Assembly: GCA_963702445.1 (NCBI GenBank)
Contig: CAVPCZ010000010.1
Coordinates: forward strand, 105,213 to 169,212
Reading direction: 5' to 3'
DNA length: 64,000 nucleotides
From: Ignavibacteriota bacterium
GTDB lineage: Bacteria > Bacteroidota > Ignavibacteria > UBA10030 > UBA6906
Below are positions 56,759 to 64,000 of this stretch, piece after piece. Made by a program: the position numbers and the translations under genes. The notes beneath the pieces are model-generated. The model worked only from the letters and a program-made list of their open reading frames with translations. It was not told where the DNA came from and ran no database searches. Within the stretch, counting starts at the first letter, position 1, and every line of letters starts with the position of its first letter.

Positions 56759-57184
56759 ATGCCGAAGAAGACCGCGCCGCAGAAGAGCGCCGAGCCCGAG
56801 TACAGACTCCTGGTCGTCCCCCAGCTGGCCGAACGTACACAGCGTATGACCACCCTGCTGGTGCTCGAAACCGCCAAGTCCTTCGCCACGTTCAGATACG
56901 AACTCTCCGTCGAGGAGCACTTTCAACCGCCCTCGCTCCGGATTGTCGTGGCGGGCTTCAAAACGCCGCGCCTGGATCTCCCGTCATCGGGCCCCGCCCA
57001 GTACCGGACGGTCTTCGAAGGACTGGACGGCGTCTGCGAGGTGACCATCGAAGGCATCGACGGACGCATCAACACGTTCTCCCTCCGCGTCGCACCCACA
57101 AAAGTATCGGTCCTGAAAGCTCCACGGAAACCCTTCGTACAGATCGTCACCGATACCGAAGTCTGGAATTCACTGTCAACCTGA
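56759..57184 (+). CDS. hypothetical protein (141 aa)
   Basis: ORF tightly packed between ptsN (7-nt gap) and lgt (13-nt gap), with coding-like composition. I recognise no family. Confidence 0.45.
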   Translation: MPKKTAPQKSAEPEYRLLVVPQLAERTQRMTTLLVLETAKSFATFRYELSVEEHFQPPSLRIVVAGFKTPRLDLPSSGPAQYRTVFEGLDGVCEVTIEGIDGRINTFSLRVAPTKVSVLKAPRKPFVQIVTDTEVWNSLST

Positions 57185-57197
57185 GACCATCCGCACC

Positions 57198-58091
57198 ATG
57201 ATCCCTGTCCTGTTCGAACTCGGTTCGCTCAAAGTGTATTCCTACGGGCTGATGCTCGGCATCTCCTTCCTCCTGGGAAGTTATATCCTCGCAAAGGATT
57301 TCCGGCGGAAACGCCTCGATCCGAATATGGCGAACACCATCACCCTGCTCGCCGTGGTGTTCGGGATAGCGGGAGCAAAGCTCCTCTATCTCCTCGAGGA
57401 ATGGGATGCCTTCGTGCAGAATCCGGTGGGGATGACCTTTTCGGCCGGCGGCCTGACCTGGTACGGAGGATTTCTGCTCGCCCTGCTCGCGGTCTCCCTC
57501 TATGTCCGCATGAAGAAGGTGCCGTTCCTGAAGGTATGGGACAGCCTCGGACTTGCACTCATCATCGCGTACGGCGTCGGCCGTATCGGGTGCCACCTCT
57601 CCGGCGACGGCGACTACGGCACCCCCACATCGCTTCCCTGGGGAACCATCTACGCCCAGGGGACCGCGAAACCGACGGTGATGCTGCAGGAGTATTTCGT
57701 GGCTCATCCCGACCGGCGCGCGGCCATGCACTACGACTCGCTGCGCGTGATCCTGGCGGGCCGCGACCGCCTGGGCAACACCTACTCACGGTTCGACGAA
57801 GTCACCCCACTCCATCCGACACCGATCTACGAACTCCTGCTCGGGATCGCGGGATTCGTTCTTCTCCTCCGGCTGCGCACGCGACCGCTGCCCGACGGCG
57901 GATTGTTCATGATCTACCTCATGCTCGCAAGCCTCTTCCGGTTTGCCATCGAATTCTTCCGGCTGAATCCGCGAATGGCCTGGGGCCTCTCGGAAGCCCA
58001 GCTGTTCAGTGTCGCGCTTTTTCTTCTCGGGCTCGCAGGCCTGCTCTTCCTCCGCGGCAGGACACCGGGCCGCACGACGGAGGCGGGGTGA
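57198..58091 (+). CDS. lgt: prolipoprotein diacylglyceryl transferase
   Basis: 297 aa. YGLMLGISFLLG...GGLTWYGGF...GRIGCHLSGDGDYG. Confidence 0.85.
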   Translation: MIPVLFELGSLKVYSYGLMLGISFLLGSYILAKDFRRKRLDPNMANTITLLAVVFGIAGAKLLYLLEEWDAFVQNPVGMTFSAGGLTWYGGFLLALLAVSLYVRMKKVPFLKVWDSLGLALIIAYGVGRIGCHLSGDGDYGTPTSLPWGTIYAQGTAKPTVMLQEYFVAHPDRRAAMHYDSLRVILAGRDRLGNTYSRFDEVTPLHPTPIYELLLGIAGFVLLLRLRTRPLPDGGLFMIYLMLASLFRFAIEFFRLNPRMAWGLSEAQLFSVALFLLGLAGLLFLRGRTPGRTTEAG

Positions 58092-58108
58092 TCCCCCCGC
58101 AACGGGAC

Positions 58109-58876
58109 ATGCCCTCCTATGTCGCCGGAAGAAAACCCGTCATCGAGGCCCTGCGGAATGCACGACCCGTCGACGCCATCCTTCTCCTGCACGGCAGCAG
58201 GGGAGCCGTGGTGGAGGAGATCCTGCAACTTGCCGGTGTCAGGAAGGTGCGGGTGAAGGAGGTGGACAAAGAACAGCTCGACGCACTTGCCCTCGGCACC
58301 GCCACGCAGGGTGTCGTTGCCGTCCTTCCCGCACGCCCGCTCTCCGACCTGACACAGATCCTCGAGTCCATCCGCCGCCGCAATGTCACGGGATTCCTCC
58401 TGATCCTGGATCAGATTGAAGACCCGCACAACCTGGGGGCGCTGGTGCGTACGGCGGAATGCGCGGGTGCACACGGTGTGCTCATCCCCCGTTTTCACGC
58501 CGCAGCCGTCACCCCGGCCGTGACAAAAGCCTCGGCCGGCGCCACGGAGCACATTCCCATCGCCGAAGTCACCAACATCGTGAACACCATCAGGGATCTC
58601 AAGCAGGAAGGGTTCTGGATCGTCGGTCTCGGTGCGGAAGGGGACAGGCTGTACCGGGAACCGGATTATACCGTCCCGGTCGCCCTGGTGGTAGGGAACG
58701 AGGGACGCGGCATCCGGCGGCTCGTGAAGGAACACTGCGATTTTCTCGTGCGGATTCCGCTCTACGGGGCGGTCGAGTCGCTCAACGCCTCAGTTGCGGG
58801 GGCGCTGGTGATGTACGAAGTGGTGAGGGCAAGGGAGAAAACGCCTAGCCCTCCCGCTCGAGGTGGAATTTCTTGA
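58109..58876 (+). CDS. rlmB: 23S rRNA (guanosine-2'-O)-methyltransferase RlmB-like (SpoU family)
   Basis: Track ORF 57401..58876 trimmed to ATG 58109 (MPSYVAGRKPVIEAL). LILDQIEDPHNLGALVRTAECAG, VVGNEGRGIR, ESLNASVAG. Confidence 0.85.
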   Translation: MPSYVAGRKPVIEALRNARPVDAILLLHGSRGAVVEEILQLAGVRKVRVKEVDKEQLDALALGTATQGVVAVLPARPLSDLTQILESIRRRNVTGFLLILDQIEDPHNLGALVRTAECAGAHGVLIPRFHAAAVTPAVTKASAGATEHIPIAEVTNIVNTIRDLKQEGFWIVGLGAEGDRLYREPDYTVPVALVVGNEGRGIRRLVKEHCDFLVRIPLYGAVESLNASVAGALVMYEVVRAREKTPSPPARGGIS

Positions 58877-60179
58877 TCTTGTTGTAGAGGTGTGACCGCT
58901 GAATCCCGAGCACGTCAGCCGTCTTGCTCACGTTCCATCCGCTGGCTTCGAGCGCCCGCTTGATAAACGCCGCCTCGGCCCGGTCCTTGAATTCCTGAAA
59001 GGTCAGCCCCGGCCCGAACGTCTCCTCCAGCTCCACACGCTGCACGCTCTCGACCGGAGCCATGTCCGTCACTTCAATCACCGGCCGCGGCGTCATGATC
59101 ACCAGCCGCTCCACCGTGTTCCGCAGCTCGCGCACGTTGCCGCTCCATTCCATCCCCTGCAGCCGGCGGAGAGCGTCCTCTGCAAACCGCTTCGGCGCCA
59201 TGCCGTTCTGCGCGCAGACCTCTTCGGCAAACGCCACGGCAAGCAGGGGAATGTCCTCACGCCGCTCCCGCAACGCCGGCACACGGATGGGAATCACATT
59301 CAGCCGGTGAAACAGGTCTTCACGGAACAGGCCGGCTTTGACCGCTTCCGTCAGGTTTTTGTTTGTCGCGGCAATCACCCGCACATCAACCCCGATCTGC
59401 TTCGCCCCCCCCACCCGCTCGATCTTCCCCTCCTCCAGCGCCCGCAGCACTTTTGCCTGGGCGTTCAGACTCATATCCCCGATTTCGTCCAGGAAGATTG
59501 TTCCACCGTCCGCCAGCTCGAATTTTCCGATGCGCTGTCCGGTGGCCCCGGTAAACGCCCCGCGTTCGTGGCCGAACAACTCCGATTCGATGAGTTCGTT
59601 GGGAATGGCCGCACAATTGACTTCGATGAGCGGCCGGGCGGAACGCTTGCTCATCCGGTGCAGAGCGGTCGCCACCAGCTCCTTGCCGGATCCGTTCTCG
59701 CCGGTGATGAGCACGCGTGCTTCCGTCGGGGCGACGCGCTCGATGAGCGTGAGCAACTCCTTCACCGCCGGCGAAGCACCCAGAATCCGTGCCTTGCCTT
59801 CAATACGCTCGCGCAGCTGCTTCAGTTCCGTGGCGTTCCGGACGACGATGATCAGCCGCTCGCGGTCCAGCGGCTTCGCGAGAAAATCATACGCGCCGAG
59901 GCGCGTGGCCTCCACGGCGGTTTCAATCGTGCCGTGGCCGGAAATCATCACGACGGGCAGTGATGGAGAGGATTCCCGGACGGTCTGCAGCACCCGCATG
60001 CCGTCCATGCCGGGCATCTTGATGTCCAGAAGGATGAGATCTATACCCCCCGCCGCAACCCGCTGAAGAGCCCCGGGACCGTCCTGCGCAAAGACGACGC
60101 TGAACTTTTCATACTCGAGAATCATCGCGATGGATTCGCGAACGGCCTGTTCGTCATCAACAACAAGGACGGTCTTCAT
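58845..60179 (-). CDS. sigma54-dependent response regulator (NtrC family: REC + AAA+ + Fis HTH)
   Basis: DLILLDIKMPGMDG, GENGSGKE, GAFTGA and a C-terminal HTH (SKTADVLGIQRSHLYNKI). Confidence 0.9.
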   Translation of the reverse strand: MKTVLVVDDEQAVRESIAMILEYEKFSVVFAQDGPGALQRVAAGGIDLILLDIKMPGMDGMRVLQTVRESSPSLPVVMISGHGTIETAVEATRLGAYDFLAKPLDRERLIIVVRNATELKQLRERIEGKARILGASPAVKELLTLIERVAPTEARVLITGENGSGKELVATALHRMSKRSARPLIEVNCAAIPNELIESELFGHERGAFTGATGQRIGKFELADGGTIFLDEIGDMSLNAQAKVLRALEEGKIERVGGAKQIGVDVRVIAATNKNLTEAVKAGLFREDLFHRLNVIPIRVPALRERREDIPLLAVAFAEEVCAQNGMAPKRFAEDALRRLQGMEWSGNVRELRNTVERLVIMTPRPVIEVTDMAPVESVQRVELEETFGPGLTFQEFKDRAEAAFIKRALEASGWNVSKTADVLGIQRSHLYNKIKKFHLEREG

Positions 60180-60937
60180 GGTGAACGCTCCTGACCGACG
60201 TGAAATCCGGGTGACCCGGGCGGCTGCCGCAACGGCACATTCAAGAAGGCCGAAGGCCGTACTTCGGGACCCCCAAGCAGGCGCAGACCGAAATCCCTGC
60301 CCCTGCGGTCGGCCTCGAGATCCCGCTCATCCATTACACCGCCGACGATGAACCGCTCTTCCCCCTCTTCAACAAACTCACCGAAACGGTCGGCCTGATC
60401 CCCGGACTCGGAAAGATACGCCAGCAGCGCGGAACCGAAAAAGTGCTGCAACTTGTCCCGGTCACCCCCGCCGGTTTCCGGCGAATCAGCGGCAACGCGT
60501 GTCGGCAATCCCGCCACCCGCAACGCGTATTCTTCAGAAAATTCGCCGGTGAGCGGAAACCAGAGGATGAGACCCGGCACGGGAGTCCGGACCCCCACCC
60601 GCTGATGATCCACAACGGCGAGAAAGCTTATCAGGAGCGCACAGAAGCTGTTGCCCCAGCACAGGTTCTGCGCGCGACGGAACAGCACATCCACGGCATG
60701 CCTGTCGCCCCACTGCTTCCGCGCGCCGGCAAACTCCTCGCTGCTGACAAATGTCTTGAGCAGGACCCCGTCGGCAAACACCTTCGGTATCAACACCAGC
60801 GACAGTGCCGAGACCAGTCCGGAAAATTCCCCCAGCGGTTCGAGTGCGGGCGCCTCCACCGTCAACGTGTCGATATCGGCCGTCCGGGCGGAGGCGGCCG
60901 ACACGAAAATCAACAGGGCAACGGCGATACCCCTCAC
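60176..60937 (-). CDS. hypothetical secreted protein
   Basis: Track ORF trimmed to GTG 60937 (GGGAGGA 4 nt upstream), downstream of the carboxyltransferase stop at 60960. Signal peptide VRGIAVALLIFVSAASARTA. ATGA overlap with the regulator gene. No family recognised. Confidence 0.5.
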   Translation of the reverse strand: MRGIAVALLIFVSAASARTADIDTLTVEAPALEPLGEFSGLVSALSLVLIPKVFADGVLLKTFVSSEEFAGARKQWGDRHAVDVLFRRAQNLCWGNSFCALLISFLAVVDHQRVGVRTPVPGLILWFPLTGEFSEEYALRVAGLPTRVAADSPETGGGDRDKLQHFFGSALLAYLSESGDQADRFGEFVEEGEERFIVGGVMDERDLEADRRGRDFGLRLLGGPEVRPSAFLNVPLRQPPGSPGFHVGQERSP

Positions 60938-60959
60938 GGCATCCTCCCGGATACGTTCA

Positions 60960-62615
60960 TCAGGTCTGTATGACGCCCGGGTTGAACGGAGGGAGAGAAG
61001 GGTTGTTGGATGCCATGGCGAGGCCGCGGGACAACACGCTTCGGGTGTCGGCGGGATCGATGATCCCATCGACCCAGAGGCGCGCCGCAGCATAGACGGG
61101 ATCCGCCTCCTCCTCGTAGCGCGCACGGATCGCCGAGAGTAAGCGCTGCTGTTCCTCTTCGCTGATCTGCCGCCCGCCCTTTTCCATCTGCTGCAGCCGT
61201 ATCGCCAGCAGCGTGTCGCTCGCCTGCTTCCCCCCCATGACGGCTATCTGCGCGGTCGGCCAGGCGACAATCAGGCGCGGGTCGTACGCCTTGCCGCACA
61301 TCGCATAATTGCCTGCACCGTAGCTGTTGCCGATAATGCAGGTGAACTTCGGGACGACACTGTTGGCCACGACGTTGACCATCTTCGCACCATCCTTGAT
61401 GATGCCCCCCTGCTCCGCCCGGCTCCCCACCATGAAACCGGTCACATCCTGGAAAAAGACCAGCGGGATCAGCTTCTGGTTGCAGTTCATGATGAAACGG
61501 GTGGCTTTGTCGGCGCTGTCGCTGTAAATCACCCCGCCCACCTGCATCTCGCCGCGTTTGGTCTTCACCACCGCACGCTGATTCGCCACGATACCCACCG
61601 CCCAGCCGTCAATCCGGGCGTAGGCGGTGATCACCGTCTTCCCGTACCCGGACTTGTACTCGTCAATTTCGCTCCCGTCAACAATGCGCGCGAGCACCTC
61701 ATACATGTCATACGGCCGCGTCCGGTCCGTCGGTACCAGGCCGTACAGATCCTGCGGGTCGAACAGCGGCGGCCGGGACACCTCACGCTGAAACGCCGCG
61801 CCCGGCCGGCGCCCCATCTTGCCGACGATGCTCCGGATCTTCTGAAGACACTCGGCATCATCCTTCATCCGGTGATCGGTCACACCGCTGATTTCGCACT
61901 GCACCAGCGCTCCGCCGAGCAGCTCGTTGTCAATTTCCTCACCGATCGCGGCCCGTACGAGATGCGAGCCGGCAAGAAACACACTGCCGGTTCTTTCCAC
62001 GATCAACGCCTCATCGCTCATGATGGGCAGATAGGCGCCGCCGGCTACACACGGCCCCATGATGGCGGCGATTTGCGGAATCCCCTTTGCCGACATGATC
62101 GCGTTGTTGCGGAAAATGCGGCCGAAATGATCCCGGTCGGGGAAGATCTCACTCTGCAACGGCAGAAAGACTCCCGCCGAATCCACCAGGTAGATGATCG
62201 GGAGATGATTCTCCATCGCGATTTCCTGCGCCCGCAGGTTCTTCCTGGCGGTGATGGGAAACCACGCGCCCGCCTTCACCGTGGCGTCGTTTGCCACAAT
62301 CACCGCCTCACGCCCGTGTATCAACCCCGCAACCACAACGGTTCCGGAGGAGGGCGCACCCCCGAACTCTCCGTACATGCCCTCCGCGGTGAGCAGTCCG
62401 ATTTCCAGCAGTTCGCTTCCCGGATCCACGAGCATGCCGATCCGCTCGCGTGCGGTCAGTTTTCCCTTCGCCCGGTGCCGCTCCAGCGCATCCGCGCCCC
62501 CGCCCAGACGCACCTTTTCCGCCAGAGCCGCATACTTCTGCAGGAGGGCGCGCATTGCCGCCGCGCTATTTTCAGCCGCGGGAGTCGCGGGAACCGGATT
62601 GCCGATGCGGGCCAC
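60960..62615 (-). CDS. acyl-CoA carboxylase carboxyltransferase (beta) subunit, methylcrotonyl-/propionyl-CoA carboxylase-like
   Basis: 551 aa. GKLTARERIGMLVD...ANDATVKAGAW...GPCVAGGAYLP...AWPTAQIAVMG. GTG 62615 or ATG 62555 as start. Confidence 0.85.
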   Translation of the reverse strand: MARIGNPVPATPAAENSAAAMRALLQKYAALAEKVRLGGGADALERHRAKGKLTARERIGMLVDPGSELLEIGLLTAEGMYGEFGGAPSSGTVVVAGLIHGREAVIVANDATVKAGAWFPITARKNLRAQEIAMENHLPIIYLVDSAGVFLPLQSEIFPDRDHFGRIFRNNAIMSAKGIPQIAAIMGPCVAGGAYLPIMSDEALIVERTGSVFLAGSHLVRAAIGEEIDNELLGGALVQCEISGVTDHRMKDDAECLQKIRSIVGKMGRRPGAAFQREVSRPPLFDPQDLYGLVPTDRTRPYDMYEVLARIVDGSEIDEYKSGYGKTVITAYARIDGWAVGIVANQRAVVKTKRGEMQVGGVIYSDSADKATRFIMNCNQKLIPLVFFQDVTGFMVGSRAEQGGIIKDGAKMVNVVANSVVPKFTCIIGNSYGAGNYAMCGKAYDPRLIVAWPTAQIAVMGGKQASDTLLAIRLQQMEKGGRQISEEEQQRLLSAIRARYEEEADPVYAAARLWVDGIIDPADTRSVLSRGLAMASNNPSLPPFNPGVIQT

Positions 62616-62618
62616 GGA

Positions 62619-63782
62619 TCAACGCCCCGGCCCGAACAGCTGCCGCGCAATCACCATCTTTTGCACCTCTGACGTCCCCTCGCCTATGGTCATCAGTTTG
62701 ACGTCGCGATAGAATTTTTCGACGGGAAAGTCCTTGATGAAGCCGTACCCGCCGTGGATCTGCACCGCCTCGCCGGCAGCACGCACCGCGACTTCGCTGG
62801 CGAAGTACTTCGCCTGCGAAGCGGCAAGTGTCAACGGTTCACCGTGCACCTTCATCCACGCGGCCTTGTGCGTGAGCAGACGTGCGGCATCAATCTCCGT
62901 CGCCATATCGGCAAGCTTGAACTGGATCCCCTGGAAGTCCGCAATCGGCTTGCCGAATTGCCGGCGCTCCTTTGCATACTTCACACTCGCCTCAAAGGCG
63001 CCCTGGGCGATCCCGACGGACAACGCGGCAATTCCCACGCGACCGCCGTCGAGCACCTTCAGAGCCTGCTTGAATCCCCCGCCCGGGTTGCCGATCACAT
63101 TCGCCGCCGGCACGCGGACACCGTCCAGCACCAGCGTGGCCGTATCGCTGGAACGGAATCCGAGCTTGTTCTCTTTCCTCCCCACGGAGAATCCGCGCTG
63201 ATCCTTCTCGACGATGAACGAAGTGATTCCCCTTCGACCCGCGCCCGGATCGGTAAGCGCCATGATCACAAATGTGGAACCGACGGATCCCTGGGTGATG
63301 AAGGTCTTGCTCCCCCGCAGGACCCACTCCGACCCTTCGCGCACGGCGGTGGTCTTCATGCCGCCCGAGTCGCTCCCCGAGTCGGGTTCGGTAAGACCCC
63401 AGGCACCCAGTTTTCTGCCGCTGGCAAGGTCGGGAACGTAACGCCGCTTCTGCTCGTCGTTGCCGTGAAGCATGATGTGGGCGGTACAAAGGCTGTTGTG
63501 GGACGCAACCGTGAGCGCCACCGAAGGATCCACGCGGGCAAGTTCTTCGATGATGACCACCGCCTCCGCATCGCTCATTCCGGCCCCCCCGAGTTCCACG
63601 GGCCAGGTCATACCCATAAAACCCAGCCCGGCCATCCGGCGGACTATGGGGTGGGGGAACTCCTGCGACTCGTCGTACTGCATCACCACCGGACGCAGCT
63701 CTTTTTCGGCGAAGGCCCGGGCAACCCCCTGCACCGCTTTCTGACTCTCGGAAAGCGTAAAGTCCATTCCGTTCCCTTCCAT
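62619..63782 (-). CDS. acyl-CoA dehydrogenase (isovaleryl-/short-chain-type)
   Basis: Trimmed to ATG 63782 (GGTGGAGG 6 nt upstream). MEGNGMDFTLSESQ...GAWGLTEPDSGSD...QIHGGYGFIKDFPVEKFYRDVKLMTIGEGTSEVQ. Confidence 0.85.
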   Translation of the reverse strand: MEGNGMDFTLSESQKAVQGVARAFAEKELRPVVMQYDESQEFPHPIVRRMAGLGFMGMTWPVELGGAGMSDAEAVVIIEELARVDPSVALTVASHNSLCTAHIMLHGNDEQKRRYVPDLASGRKLGAWGLTEPDSGSDSGGMKTTAVREGSEWVLRGSKTFITQGSVGSTFVIMALTDPGAGRRGITSFIVEKDQRGFSVGRKENKLGFRSSDTATLVLDGVRVPAANVIGNPGGGFKQALKVLDGGRVGIAALSVGIAQGAFEASVKYAKERRQFGKPIADFQGIQFKLADMATEIDAARLLTHKAAWMKVHGEPLTLAASQAKYFASEVAVRAAGEAVQIHGGYGFIKDFPVEKFYRDVKLMTIGEGTSEVQKMVIARQLFGPGR

Positions 63783-64000
63783 ACTCGCCTCCACCTTCAG
63801 ACCGCTCTCCCGGCCACGACCGGCGTTTCCGGCGGGACACACTGCTCTCCGCGCCTGCCGGCACGGCTTTCAACCGGAACAGGTCCCCCTGAGAACTCCC
63901 TGTCCGGACATTCCCGAGGGGCGTCCCGCCTTCCGGAACCGCGGCAACAAGTCCCGGCCATTTTCCCCGTCAGCCGGACGATTTGCAGCGGTACAGGGAT

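Noticed and set aside
63843-64000. Possible 3' end of another minus-strand gene at the right edge (frame ending at TGA ~63869).
   Set aside because: Only about 43 codons are visible, with no recognisable motif, so it cannot be supported.
1-64000. Scan for CRISPR arrays, tRNA/rRNA genes, IS elements, integrases, toxin-antitoxin pairs and sigma54 -24/-12 promoters.
   Set aside because: None was recognisable by eye. Intergenic regions are short (mostly under 180 nt) and are explained by promoters or terminators. The TGGCAC occurrences checked (e.g. 25971, 44640) lack a correctly spaced TTGC.

Overview
Visibly GC-rich, densely coding chromosomal segment. About 60 protein genes are present, roughly three quarters on the minus strand, many with ATGA/GTGA start-stop overlaps. 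A T9SS-type C-terminal sorting domain, futalosine-type menaquinone genes and a CpcT-like gene point to the Bacteroidota/Chlorobiota/Ignavibacteriota (FCB) group. That placement comes from motif memory only, because no search was possible. Content is mostly housekeeping:
- scpAB, trpS, recO, mtnA, dtd, prmC, purB, plsY, lgt and rlmB;
- an aroB-aroD/E-aroA-aroC shikimate operon divergent from ubiE/mqnA;
- trkHA, comEC and two HtrA-type proteases;
- a lysine aminotransferase plus aldehyde dehydrogenase pair, and leucine/acyl-CoA catabolic genes;
- a sigma54-dependent response regulator.
I recognised no rRNA, tRNA, CRISPR array, transposase, integrase or defence island, and I see no convincing novel multi-gene system. 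The most unusual signals are:
1. Seven single-base (+1) frame disruptions in five conserved genes, clustered in two hotspots (15.1-16.4 kb and 42.6-45.3 kb). Local assembly error is the most likely cause and real gene decay is the alternative.
2. A coherent set of TTGACA-N17-TATAAT-like promoters. Two or three sit so close to the start codon that the mRNA would be leaderless, and one divergent pair shares a palindromic -35 hexamer.
3. Unusual gene fusions: a TPR-TM-TPR-periplasmic-binding protein of 951 aa, and an ABC ATPase fused to a large permease.
4. A highly basic N-terminal tail on the lysine aminotransferase.
The ORF track counts GTG/TTG as starts, so several track ORFs were trimmed to starts supported by an SD sequence or by homology. 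Many long ORFs antisense to real genes are GC-driven artefacts.
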